A DNA stretch of 64,000 nt from Phycisphaeraceae bacterium (lineage in GTDB: Bacteria > Planctomycetota > Phycisphaerae > Phycisphaerales > Phycisphaeraceae): NCBI GenBank assembly GCA_963674705.1, contig OY771506.1, positions 1,792,001 to 1,856,000 of the forward strand, in the 5' to 3' direction. Every line of letters begins with the position of its first letter. Position 1 is the stretch's first letter. The notes below the pieces were generated by a model. That model did not search any database, had not been told where the DNA came from, and worked only from the letters and a program-made list of their open reading frames with translations. A program made the translations under genes and the position numbers. Shown here one piece after another: positions 1 through 9,672 of the stretch.

Positions 1-140
1 CGCCGTGCCGCACCCAACGCCGGCAACAGGATCCCCACCAGTAGCGCAATGATCGAAATCACCACCAGCAACTCGATCAATGTGAAACCACAAACACGAG
101 AATCCGAATCCGCTGCCCGTAACCTGGTATGACTCGACAT
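1..140 (-). CDS. Prepilin-type N-terminal cleavage/methylation domain protein (DUF1559-like), runs off the window edge
   Basis: Manual translation from ATG at 140: MSSHTRLRAADSDSRVCGFTLIELLVVISIIALLVGILLPALGAAR, a classic G|FTLIELLVV motif. Confidence 0.9.
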   Translation of the reverse strand, partial: MSSHTRLRAADSDSRVCGFTLIELLVVISIIALLVGILLPALGAAR

Positions 141-378
141 GAAACTCACCACTCACTTCCAAGAGGTTTTAGAAAAACCACGTGAAACCAACGTCCGGCA
201 CAAAGACAAGCTCAAGCACGCAAACCGAGTTGCAGCACACATCTTTTCTCCATCTATTATTGACGACGGCCGTTAAAATTACAATCAATAAATGAATAAA
301 ATACCGTCAGACCTTCTACGATGCTCGATACTCGCATCATCCTTCCCGATGACAACAGCCCATGTTCCACACGATGTT

Positions 379-461
379 TTATCCCGAAGCCAGCAGTCAG
401 TAATTATCCCGAAGCCCGCAGTCAGTAATTATTCCGAAGCCCACGTTCGCCGAACGTGGGC
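379..461. repeat. 25-bp tandem repeat (about 2.5 copies) running into a palindrome
   Basis: ttatcccgaagcc(a/c)gcagtcagtaa at 379-403 and 404-428, partial copy 429-442, overlapping gcccacgttcg-c-cgaacgtgggc (439-461). Confidence 0.8.
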
Positions 462-547
462 AGCCATCAGATCCGCATCGCAATAATCATAGATGTGCAT
501 ATCCAGCAATCTCTACTCGCGACACTCAAAACCCACAAAAGTACATC

Positions 548-580
548 AAATAAAAAGGCTGACGCTCACACGCCAGCCTT
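548..580 (-). terminator. Intrinsic terminator downstream of parB
   Basis: Minus strand aaggctggcgtgtgagcgtcagcc hairpin followed by a T-rich tail, ~30 bp after the parB stop. Confidence 0.7.
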
Positions 581-610
581 ACCGCTTGTATGTATTGCTA
601 GCAGAAATAG

Positions 611-1777
611 TTAGTCCATCCTCACGCCCAGTTTCTGCGCCAGCGCATCGAACTGGTCCAGGTCGTAGAAGTCGATGATCAGGCTGCCGGTGCCCTTCTT
701 TCGGCCGGGCTTGATCGCGACCTTTGTCCCAAGCTGTTCGGTCATCTGCTTCTCAAGGTCGACCAAGTACGCAGCCTTGCCGGACGGCGTCTTGCTGCCG
801 CTACTCGTTGCAGGATCGCTCGGTGAGGTCAGCTTCCGCACCGCCGCCTCGACCTCACGCACGCTCAATCCCTTGCGGACCGCGCGCTCAGCCAACATTA
901 TTTGCTGGCCAACGTCCGATAATCCCGCAATTGCACGGGCCTGACCCATGGAAAGCAAATTTTCGATAATTAATTGTTTGACCGGTCCCGCCAGCGTCAG
1001 CAGGCGCAGATGGTTCGTGATGCTCGAGCGATCCATCCCCACACGCTTGCCCGCCTCCTCGTGGCTAAGCCCGAACTGATCGATCAGACGCGAGAAAGCC
1101 TCTGCCCTTTCGATCGGGTTCAGGTCTTCACGCTGGAGGTTCTCGATCAACGCCCACTCTGCGATCTGCCGATCGTTCAGCTTCCGCACGATCACCGGCA
1201 CCTTGTCCAGGCCGGCGATCTGGGCGGCACGCCAGCGACGCTCGCCTGCGACCACCTCATATCGTCCAGCACCCGAAACGCTTGGCCTGGCGATGATCGG
1301 CTGCATCACACCTTCCGAGGCGATCGAGTCCGCCAGCCGTTTCAAGCCCGCCTGGTCAAAATGCGTTCGCGGCTGATGACGGTTCGGCTCCAAAACAGCC
1401 ACCGACAAGAAAACAAGCCCATCCCCGGCCGGCTTAGCCTCAGCAGGGCGGTTAACCAGGTTGTTCGGCTGATACCCCCTGTCGCGTACCGGCATAATCG
1501 TCGGCTTGGCGAGCGACTCCGGCTTAGATGCTGTATTAACCTCAGAATGCACCGATTTATCAGGCTCAGCAACCGCAACAGGGGCCTCTTTAGAAGACAC
1601 TTCCGATGCTACCGCAGTAGACGCCGCTTCAGAGGTCGCCTTCTGGGACACTTCCGAAACTGCTTCTCGACCTGCTTCCTGGGGTTCCGCCACGGGCGGA
1701 AGAATCTGCACCGGCTTGGACATCAGACTGCTCAAACCCCGCCCCAGACGAGGAGACTTCTTCTTTTGATTCGTCAC
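611..1777 (-). CDS. parB: ParB/Spo0J chromosome partitioning protein with a long Ala/Ser/Glu-rich N-terminal linker
   Basis: RLGRGLSSL, QPRTHF, GERRWRAA, ALIENLQREDLNPIE motifs; GTG start at 1777 preceded by GGAGG. Confidence 0.95.
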   Translation of the reverse strand: MTNQKKKSPRLGRGLSSLMSKPVQILPPVAEPQEAGREAVSEVSQKATSEAASTAVASEVSSKEAPVAVAEPDKSVHSEVNTASKPESLAKPTIMPVRDRGYQPNNLVNRPAEAKPAGDGLVFLSVAVLEPNRHQPRTHFDQAGLKRLADSIASEGVMQPIIARPSVSGAGRYEVVAGERRWRAAQIAGLDKVPVIVRKLNDRQIAEWALIENLQREDLNPIERAEAFSRLIDQFGLSHEEAGKRVGMDRSSITNHLRLLTLAGPVKQLIIENLLSMGQARAIAGLSDVGQQIMLAERAVRKGLSVREVEAAVRKLTSPSDPATSSGSKTPSGKAAYLVDLEKQMTEQLGTKVAIKPGRKKGTGSLIIDFYDLDQFDALAQKLGVRMD

Positions 1778-1863
1778 AACGACCTCCGTGTCACAAAGGA
1801 TATGAAAACACCATTCAGCCAACAGTTTAGCGTTCTGCCCCGCTGAAGCCAAATCTGAACACG

Positions 1864-1879
1864 TGTTCCACGTGGAACA
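1864..1879. promoter_or_regulatory. parS: parS site 1
   Basis: Perfect palindrome TGTTCCACGTGGAACA matching the canonical parS consensus, upstream of parB. Confidence 0.95.
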
Positions 1880-2054
1880 TGGGACAAACAGGATAGGAAG
1901 AATTAGCCACAGATGAACACGGATGAAGACAGATGAAGAAGTATCAACAGATTCCAGCGATTTCACGGATCTCCCATGGCAAATATCCCACACCCGACAC
2001 CCTCATCACCTACGGATACATCCCTGAATCCTCATTTTTATCTATGCCTACCTG

Positions 2055-2070
2055 TGTTCCACGTGGAACA
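2055..2070. promoter_or_regulatory. parS: parS site 2
   Basis: Second perfect TGTTCCACGTGGAACA. Confidence 0.95.
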
Positions 2071-2093
2071 TGGGCCGAGCAGGGGAGGGTGGA

Positions 2094-2275
2094 ATTAGCC
2101 ACGGATGAACACGGATAAACACAGATGCAGAACCATCGCAGATTCCAGTGATTGCGCAGATCAACAAAGCCTAATAAAATACACCCCGCACCCCACACCC
2201 GACGCCCTAATTCTACAGATCACCTTCACTCCCCCTTACTCTTATCCGTGTTAATCTGTGTTCATCCTTGGCTGA
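2094..2275. repeat. Composite inverted-repeat element (TTAGCCAC.GAT family)
   Basis: Left arm ttagccacggatgaacacggataaacacagat, central ccccgcaccccacacccgacgccc, right arm atccgtgttaatctgtgttcatccttggctg; a left-arm-only copy lies at ~1903-2003. Confidence 0.75.
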
Positions 2276-2393
2276 ATAAACTCACAAATTCTTATTTCAT
2301 AATTACTTATACACAATTATTGCGTCGCGCTATTATTATCGGACCTTAAATATCGCTCCCAGTTTCAATACCTCCCTAGCCGATATTCACGAT

Positions 2394-3215
2394 ATGGCAG
2401 ACCCTCCCGCCAACGATCAGCCGGGCACATTCAGGCCCCCGACACCCACTCAGCAGTTGCTCGATGAGTTCGCGCGGGTTGAAGGGCAGTTCAGCCAAAT
2501 CAAGGAAGGGCTCTCCCAGCTCCAACGCCTCTCCACCATGGGCACACTCACCGCCACCGTCATCCATGAGGTCAACAACCTCCTCACCCCCGTCATCAGC
2601 TACGCCCAGCTTGCCCTGACCAAACCCGATGACAAAGCCCTTTCAGACAAGGCCCACCGCAAAGCCATCGAAGCCACTGAACGTGTTTCACAGCTTTGCT
2701 CCACGCTCCTGGGCTACGCCCGCGATGATGAAGATGGCATCACCAGTGATCTGCGTTCAGTCATCGAATCCGCCATCGCCTGTCTGGGCAGGGGGTTAGA
2801 AAAAGACGGCATCGAGCTGATCCTCGATGTTCCACCCATCGAAGTCGCCATGGCAGCGTCCAGCCTGGAACAGGTGCTGGTGAACATCGTTCTCAACGCC
2901 CGCAAGGCCATGGCCGAGCAGGGGGGTACTCTGACCATCCGCGCCCACGTGAACAATGATCACATCGACCTGGACATCTCCGACACCGGCCCGGGCATCC
3001 CGCCCGAAGTCGCCGACCGTTTGTTCGAGCCGTTCGTCACCTACAGCACCAACCCGCAGCTCGACGAACACAAAGGCACCGGCCTGGGCCTGAGCGTCTG
3101 CCGCGACCTCATCACCGCCGCCGGCGGCCGGATCACCGCCGACAGCCAACCCAACCAGGGCGCCACCTTCCACCTCACACTTCCCCGCCCGATCCCCCTG
3201 CGCCAAAGCGCATAA
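2394..3215 (+). CDS. Histidine kinase (HisKA + HATPase_c) without a sensor domain
   Basis: H-box HEVNNLLT, N-box QVLVNIVLNA, DTGPGI, LFEPFVT, GTGLGLS. Confidence 0.92.
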   Translation: MADPPANDQPGTFRPPTPTQQLLDEFARVEGQFSQIKEGLSQLQRLSTMGTLTATVIHEVNNLLTPVISYAQLALTKPDDKALSDKAHRKAIEATERVSQLCSTLLGYARDDEDGITSDLRSVIESAIACLGRGLEKDGIELILDVPPIEVAMAASSLEQVLVNIVLNARKAMAEQGGTLTIRAHVNNDHIDLDISDTGPGIPPEVADRLFEPFVTYSTNPQLDEHKGTGLGLSVCRDLITAAGGRITADSQPNQGATFHLTLPRPIPLRQSA

Positions 3216-3435
3216 CACAACGAACCCGACAATCTGATTTATATAGTCAGTCCCCGCGCGCCCACACCGATCGGTCATGACATTCATCGCACCCGCAACA
3301 ACCCTACCCGTTGAGCGCTACGGTATCTAAACACATACCACAAATCCCCACCTGTTTAGCGTGCGAACTTGTTCGCACCTGCATCTGTCCGAGATGCAGT
3401 TAACAACAAACATCACTACCAAACACAAACAATGA

Positions 3436-3688
3436 TTAGCCACGGATAAACACAGATGAACACGGATGAAAGAAGTATCCGCAGATGACGCAGATGGCGC
3501 AAATTTCTAAGACCAAAATAAAATCCCCACACCCCACACCCCACACCCCACACCCCACACCCCACACCCCACACCCCACACCCCACACCCCACACCCCCA
3601 ATCTCCAAATCCGCGACATCTGCTCAATCTACGGATCACCTCTGTTACTTCATCCTCATCCATCTCCATCCATCTTCATCTCTGGCTT
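3436..3688. repeat. Composite inverted-repeat element with a central (CCCCACA)x10 tract
   Basis: 9-mer-based left arm from 3436, ten perfect CCCCACA units at 3525-3594, complementary degenerate right arm to ~3688. Confidence 0.85.
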
Positions 3689-3818
3689 GATACCCCGCAG
3701 GATTATCAGCCGTACGTGCCTGAGTAACTTCATCGTGATTTCATCAAACAACCGATAGGGGTGCCACGCGACACATCGGTTTGCGGATCGCGGGGCCTTC
3801 AACCAAGAGGAATGCACG

Positions 3819-4754
3819 ATGAACAGATTAACCCACGCTCTGGCATGCTTCGTCGCCGTTCTGGCCACCGCAACGTCACACGCCGCCGTGACGCTCAACC
3901 TCGTGCCGGTTGACAATTCAAGTCAACTGACAGGCTATAACACGCTCGACCTGGAATTCGTTACCCCGAAACGCGACTGGCAGATTACCGTACTGTTTCT
4001 ACAACTCACCTCCGGCACGATCTACCAGGACCCGATGGGCAGTGACAGCCCACCGATTTCAGAAGTGGTCAACCTCGCACCAAGTGTGCAGTTCGATACC
4101 TACGTCGGCTTGCCCAACGGTTTTGTCGCAGGCGGCGCGGGCGATATAGAAAAAAAGCACGGCTACGAGTTCTCAACGACTTGCTTGAGCACAACCTTCT
4201 TCAACACAGACAAAAACGATATCGGCAACATTCCGATAGGACGCATCACGCTCTCCGATGATGCCGTCGGCACATGGGCAATGTATTCTTCGACATATGA
4301 TCTCATATACTTTTCTCATACAGGCTCCATCACGCAAGGCCTCATGGCAATCGATAGCGAAACGATCTTCGCCCAGACATACGCATATGCAGGGATCAAA
4401 GCGGCAGACAGCAGGACGGTGCTATTAACCCAATATGTCACCGACGAAGTGCGCGAGCAGGCCGGCAACGGATACCCGGGCAACGCTGCATATGAACATG
4501 CAGTGTTACATATTCTGTTAGACATGCTGGAAGAACAAGCGGCTGATCCCGACACGCCCGGATACGAACAGCTTCAAGATGGTGAATATTTTTGGCGTCA
4601 GCAAGACTACATCTACACCGAAGCCGAGTACCTCGAATACCTCGATTACCTCGACACCATCTCACTCGAATCCAACACCCCCTCGAATCCCGAGCCCGGC
4701 GCCTTATCACTACTGGCCCTCGGCAGCCTGGCACTGTTGCGTCGACGCGGTTGA
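3819..4754 (+). CDS. PEP-CTERM-type exported protein
   Basis: Signal peptide; C-terminal NPEPGALSLLALGSLALLRRRG; GAGG upstream. Confidence 0.88.
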   Translation: MNRLTHALACFVAVLATATSHAAVTLNLVPVDNSSQLTGYNTLDLEFVTPKRDWQITVLFLQLTSGTIYQDPMGSDSPPISEVVNLAPSVQFDTYVGLPNGFVAGGAGDIEKKHGYEFSTTCLSTTFFNTDKNDIGNIPIGRITLSDDAVGTWAMYSSTYDLIYFSHTGSITQGLMAIDSETIFAQTYAYAGIKAADSRTVLLTQYVTDEVREQAGNGYPGNAAYEHAVLHILLDMLEEQAADPDTPGYEQLQDGEYFWRQQDYIYTEAEYLEYLDYLDTISLESNTPSNPEPGALSLLALGSLALLRRRG

Positions 4755-4927
4755 GTTCAGCATAGATCCATGTCTGTTGCTGCATGCAAGCCCATACAAC
4801 CGAATCGAAAATCAGCCCCCGGCTTGCCGGGGGTGACCACACCATCCCACCAGAACCAAACAACACCACCCCCTCATCAGCCGCGACCATCGGTCTCGCT
4901 GCGGATGTGTGGCCATCCATCCCTTAC

Positions 4928-5059
4928 TCAGCCACAGATGAACACAGATAAACACGGATAGAAAAGAAGTATCCGCAGATGAAACAGATTGCGCAGATTT
5001 CTAAGACCAAATAAAATTCCCCAATCCCCAATCCCCAATCCCCAATCCCCAATCCCCAA
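4928..5059. repeat. Left arm of the composite repeat plus a (CCCCAAT)x~6 tract
   Basis: Near-identical to 3436-3524, followed by CCCCAAT units at 5019-5059. Confidence 0.85.
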
Positions 5060-5212
5060 CAAATACCCCGGAAACTTGCACGAAATAAACTGGGATCACC
5101 CGATTAATTTAGTACAATGCGGTCTGCTGATTTGATGGTCCGGGTCGCCACCTCCGTCCGATCTATCGGAGGCATCCGCCGGGGCCGGGGTCTTATTGGA
5201 AAAGGGAACGAG

Positions 5213-6544
5213 ATGATCAAAACGACTTCCTCGCTGGCCTGTCTTGTCAGCGCATTGCTGTTTGCGCCCGTCACGCAAGCCGCTGTGTTAGTAGAACAGC
5301 CGTACGCAATCGAATGGTCCGCGCAGATCGGCACGTCCGCAGTCGACCAAAGTGTTTCAGTCGCGGTGGATAGCTCGGGTAATACTTACATCAGTGGTGT
5401 TACCGGCGGTGACCTCGACGGCACCAACGCGGGGTCTGCAGACGCCTTCCTGACCAAGTTCGATGCGTCCGGCAATGTGCTCTGGACCCGGCAGATCGGC
5501 ACGGCGAAGTTCGATGGCTGCAGAGCCGTGGCGGTTGACAGCGCAGGCTACATCTACATCAGTGGGGGAACGAGTGGCAGTCTCGGTGGTACCTACGCTG
5601 GTGCAGGCGACACCTACCTCACGAAGTTTGATCCTTCGGGTAATGTGCTGTGGTCCCGGCAGATCGGTACAACGAAAAGCGATGAAAGCTTTGGCGTGGC
5701 CGTGGACGGATCGAGTAACGTTTACATCACAGGCACAACCAGCGGTAGCCTCGGTGGAGCCAATGAAGGTGAGGACGATATCTACCTGACCAAGTTCGAT
5801 TCATCGGGTAATGTCGTGTGGACGCAACAGATCGGAACAGAAGACGACGACTTTGCACAGTCCGTGACAGTGGACAGTTCGGGCAACATCTACATCAGCG
5901 GCGGGACATACGGCAGCCTCGACGGGACTAACGCGGGATCTGTCGACGCCTTCCTGACGAAGTTTGATACCTCCGGCAATGAACTATGGACCGAGCAACT
6001 CGGTACAGCATACACCGATGGCAGTAATGCCGTAGCGACGGATAGTGCGGGCAACGTTTACATCAGCGGTATCACCGCAGGCGATCTTGGCGGAACCAAC
6101 GCAGGTGCAAATGACGCCTTTCTGACAAAGTACGATGCCTCCGGCAACCTCCAATGGAGCCGTCAGATCGGCACAATATCCGACGACCGTAGCTACAGCG
6201 TAGCTGTGGACAGCTCCGGCAACATCTTCATCAGCGGCTTTACAAGGGGGGACCTTAATGGGGGAACGAACGCGGGTAATTATGACGCCTTCGTGGCAAA
6301 ATACGACGCCTCCGGCAGCCTGCTCTGGACCCAACTATTCGGCACGACGGACGTTGATGAGAGCCATGCATTGGCAGTTGACAGCGAGGGCAACGTGTAC
6401 AGCAGCGGTTACACATACGGCGACCTCGGCGGAACCAACGCGGGAGACTTCGATGCCTTTCTCGTCAAGTTCACCGTCCCCGAACCCACAAGCCTCAGCC
6501 TCCTCGCATTAGGCGCGTTGGCGCTGCTGCGACGACGCGGTTGA
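5213..6544 (+). CDS. SBBP-repeat beta-propeller protein with a PEP-CTERM sorting signal
   Basis: Seven repeats of the type VAVDSSGNxYISG..DAFLTKFDxSGNxLW; signal peptide from ATG 5213; VPEPTSLSLLALGALALLRRRG. Confidence 0.93.
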   Translation: MIKTTSSLACLVSALLFAPVTQAAVLVEQPYAIEWSAQIGTSAVDQSVSVAVDSSGNTYISGVTGGDLDGTNAGSADAFLTKFDASGNVLWTRQIGTAKFDGCRAVAVDSAGYIYISGGTSGSLGGTYAGAGDTYLTKFDPSGNVLWSRQIGTTKSDESFGVAVDGSSNVYITGTTSGSLGGANEGEDDIYLTKFDSSGNVVWTQQIGTEDDDFAQSVTVDSSGNIYISGGTYGSLDGTNAGSVDAFLTKFDTSGNELWTEQLGTAYTDGSNAVATDSAGNVYISGITAGDLGGTNAGANDAFLTKYDASGNLQWSRQIGTISDDRSYSVAVDSSGNIFISGFTRGDLNGGTNAGNYDAFVAKYDASGSLLWTQLFGTTDVDESHALAVDSEGNVYSSGYTYGDLGGTNAGDFDAFLVKFTVPEPTSLSLLALGALALLRRRG

Positions 6545-6605
6545 AGCAAACGCAGGCCAGAGTCTGATCATGCATCCGATCCAACCGTACGACCGGATCG
6601 TCATT

Positions 6606-6784
6606 AGCCCCCGGCTTGCCGGGGGTGGCTGCACAGAGCTACACGAACCAAACAATCCCGCTCACACCTTCATCAGCCGCGAACCGCCGGCTCGCGCGCC
6701 CCATTCGTCCAACACACGTCACGCACCAGACACACCTCACATCCAACACCCCATTCACCACCACCCCCGGCAAGCCGGGGGCTA
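6606..6784. repeat. Inverted pair of REP-like palindromes
   Basis: agcccccggcttgccgggggtg (~6606) and cccccggcaagccgggggct (~6764-6783); a further copy at ~4813. Confidence 0.75.
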
Positions 6785-6813
6785 ACTAGATTCAATCCGA
6801 ATTCATCCGACAC

Positions 6814-6906
6814 AATCTCCGAATCTGCGTCATCTGCGCAATCTGCGGATCACTCTCTTCTTGCCTTCCCTCTTATCTGTGTTCATCCGTGTTCATCGGT
6901 GGCTAA
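6814..6906. repeat. Right arm of the composite repeat
   Basis: aatctccgaatctgcgtcatctgcgcaatctgcggat...atctgtgttcatccgtgttcatcggtggctaa, complementary to the 4928 arm. Confidence 0.8.
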
Positions 6907-7156
6907 ATCTTCTTCACTAACAAGCGACCCATCCCCACCCTCGCCGCAAACCTATAACCACATCTACGTCAGCCAGTTGCCCGCAGCACAACCGGCGGGG
7001 CGGCCGGGTGAGATCCGTTTTCCAACAAGTAATCCACAATCCACATCAGCCCAAGTGGATATCTTGTCGGCAACTTTTGCGCTGCAACGTCCGATAGTGC
7101 CGATACACATACCAGGGGGCCAGAAACGCTGTTTGGTGGAGAATTTTTAAAGAAAT

Positions 7157-7202
7157 GTGAAGCATGGAGGCAAATAGTGTTGAGCAGAGGGGCAAAGTGG
7201 GG
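7157..7202 (+). promoter_or_regulatory. Probable MraZ-binding repeats
   Basis: G[T/A]G boxes in exact 10-bp phase: 7157 gtga, 7167 gagg, 7177 gtgt, 7187 gagg, 7197 gtgggg, directly upstream of mraZ. Confidence 0.6.
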
Positions 7203-7234
7203 TATATTCCCCTCGTCCTGAAGCGAGTAACACC

Positions 7235-7735
7235 TTGGTTTTTACCGGAACCTATGACCACACGATCGACACAAAGAATCGCCTGGCCATACCGGCCGAA
7301 GTCAGAGCGCAAATCAAGCGCTCGACCAAGGCCAAGGCGGGCGACCCGGTATACCTCTATGTGACACTCGGGACGGACGGGACGCTTTGCCTCTATACGG
7401 AGCAAGGCTACGAGCAGCGGGCCGATGAGCTGGACAACTCGGAAATGGATGCCGAGCAGCTTCTGGAGTATGAACGGATGTTCTACTCCTTGTCCAAACT
7501 CGTCGAGCTCGACAAGCAGGGACGCGTGACTTTGCCCGCCGACCTGTTGACCCGCTCGGGACTGGGCAGCGACGTCGTGCTCATCGGTGTGAAGGACCAC
7601 ATCGAGATCCGCGACAGGCAGGCCTGGAACGAGCACTTGCAGCGGATGTTGGCCGAAAGGCCTGACATCCTCATGAACCCGCGACTCGCGATGCGCAGAC
7701 GAAGGACCGACAGTCAAGGCCAGGATGGCCCGTAA
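7235..7735 (+). CDS. mraZ: Transcriptional regulator MraZ
   Basis: FTGTYDHTIDTKNRLAIP and ELDKQGRVTLP...VVLIGVKDHIEI duplicated SpoVT/AbrB motifs; TTG start. Confidence 0.92.
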   Translation: MVFTGTYDHTIDTKNRLAIPAEVRAQIKRSTKAKAGDPVYLYVTLGTDGTLCLYTEQGYEQRADELDNSEMDAEQLLEYERMFYSLSKLVELDKQGRVTLPADLLTRSGLGSDVVLIGVKDHIEIRDRQAWNEHLQRMLAERPDILMNPRLAMRRRRTDSQGQDGP

Positions 7736-8481
7736 GATCAGGAACACTTAACCAAACGATCAAGGGGTACACCAGCACAACAAACACAAGCCCGAACGCA
7801 CGCGAGCCAAGGCCGGCCCGCAACGTGAAAAGGGCGACAAACATCGGCAAATTCCGCACTTTTTTTATGAATTTGCCCCAGCACCAGCGGAGGTCATGGA
7901 ACGGACTCCAGCCTGTTCGACGTGACCGCATACCAGCCCGCCTGACCAAGGACGGATCGGCGGATAACTGGGCCAAACGCCAGAGCATCAGTGATCGGGT
8001 GCCTTGCAACCGTAATCGATCTGGCGTACGCGGACACGACCGACGGCACCTCTGCTGTTTGTTTGGATTGCACCACGCAAGTCGGCGCCTGTGAAAACGC
8101 GCCCGGTTTGCCCAACCGGTGCAGCATGACTTCCGCCTGTTGTCCGCCAACATTCAAGCAGGTTTTTCTATCCGCGGTCGAACCTTTCTCGACCTGATTG
8201 CGTAGTAAAGATAGGTAAAACAACGGTCGGGCTGAAAAGCCCGTGTACGGTCCCACAACGACTCAAGCACCGTATCCTTCTCCTCCTAAGCCACGCCCGC
8301 CGGTCACCCTCCCGCTGAGCGTGGTTTTTTTACGTCCTGCTCACATGCAACCACATCTTTTTATAAAACAGCTACTTACAAGCACATTATTTGCCCATCC
8401 GTCGAATAAATGCTCGACAGCCCAGCAATCGCACGATAGTATTAAAGACGTGTTGAACTTTATTCCGTGAGGTGAACGACC

Positions 8482-9672
8482 ATGCGACTGACTCGGCTGA
8501 TGCTGCTGGCCTTGTTCATCGTTCTGGCGACGCCGGTCTTCTGGGAGGCGCAGCACTGCGCGTTCGGCTGAGGCGGTGGGTCGGGAGGATCGATCCGCCG
8601 TAGCGGTTCATCGATCCGTCTCACCTCTTCCGGTCGGAAGAGCTCCTCGAAACCAGAGTTGTCACAGGACCGGCGCGATAAGTGCGAACGTATGCTCGAC
8701 CTTGCCGAGCGCATGCTGTCCAATGACCGCCTGCCCGATGCGTATCGCTACGTCATGATCGCAGAGTCCATCGGCAAGTCCGACAGCAGTCTGCTCAGCA
8801 AAGTCAAGCAAACAGCGAACAACGTCAAGACCGCTGCCGAAAAGAAACTCGATGCGGCCGAACAATTCTACGAAAACGAGCAATACACCGAAGCGATCGA
8901 AGCCTACTCAAGCATCTCCGGCCTGCGCAAGCTCGATGTCGCGCGAGATGCGCGGATGAAACTTGCAGAGATACAGCGCAACCCCGCTGTCCGCGCAAGC
9001 ATGCGTGAGATCAGGGCCTGCCAACGGCTTGAAGATGTGCTCGAGATGATCGATATCACCAACATGGATATCGAAGTTGTCGACGACAGCGAACTGGAAA
9101 CCTGCAGCAGCGATGAAACGCTGCCAAGTCTTGCGATAGGGGACCAGGGCAACGACAGCCACGAATACGCGATCTTCGGCTCCGCACCCGCACAATTGGG
9201 CGACACGCAAACCGGCGCAAGCAACACGCAAAGCGGGTCATCGCACGACTACGCCGCATTCCCGTCGGCAGCCGCGTTCGCCGCGGCAAGCCCGCTGCCC
9301 GCTGAATCCGTCGAAGAAATGGAAGAGCTTGGCCTGTCTGAAGTAGAAGTTGCGCTGCTCTTGATTATTTGCGATCGCATCAAGTTCCTCGACAAACTCG
9401 AAGCCGTCGCCGACAACTACAGCGACACCAAGTCAGGCCAACGCGCACGCGACCTGGCGAACGACCTGCGTGCCTGCGATGCGTTTATGGACGGCCTGGA
9501 ATACCACCGCACCGAAGAACATGCCATGGAATACATCTCCATGGCCAAGCAATATGAACAGATCGGCAAGACCGACCTCGCGATCAAGTTCTACAAAGAT
9601 GCCATCCTCACCTGCCCGGATAGCGAATGGAGCAAAGCCGCCCAGGACGGGATCGATCAACTGAATAACTGA
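8482..9672 (+). CDS. Exported helical/TPR-like protein, candidate selenoprotein (in-frame TGA at 8569-8571)
   Basis: ATG 8482 with GAGGTG RBS and a signal peptide is in frame with ORF 8659-9672, separated only by TGA in HCAFG-*-GGG; the downstream part is clearly coding, readthrough is inferred. Confidence 0.6.

Noticed and set aside
175..376. parS-like partial matches (ccacgtgaaac at ~178; tgttccacacga at ~363)
   Set aside because: Only half-sites; too degenerate to call.
379..461. Possible CRISPR array (also considered for the 9-mer and heptamer repeats)
   Set aside because: Units are directly tandem without unique spacers, and there are no cas genes in the window.
3416..3727. ORFs with WGVGCGV / PHTPHPT repeats, and other SVFICVH-like ORFs
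   Set aside because: These are translations of non-coding heptamer and 9-mer repeats.
7671..8256. Overlapping ORFs of 68-160 aa downstream of mraZ
   Set aside because: No recognisable motifs or RBS, and mutually overlapping; not supportable as genes.
8200..8280. Possible riboswitch around the GAAA-loop hairpin
   Set aside because: Does not match the c-di-GMP-I or other aptamer consensus I can recall; needs an Rfam search.
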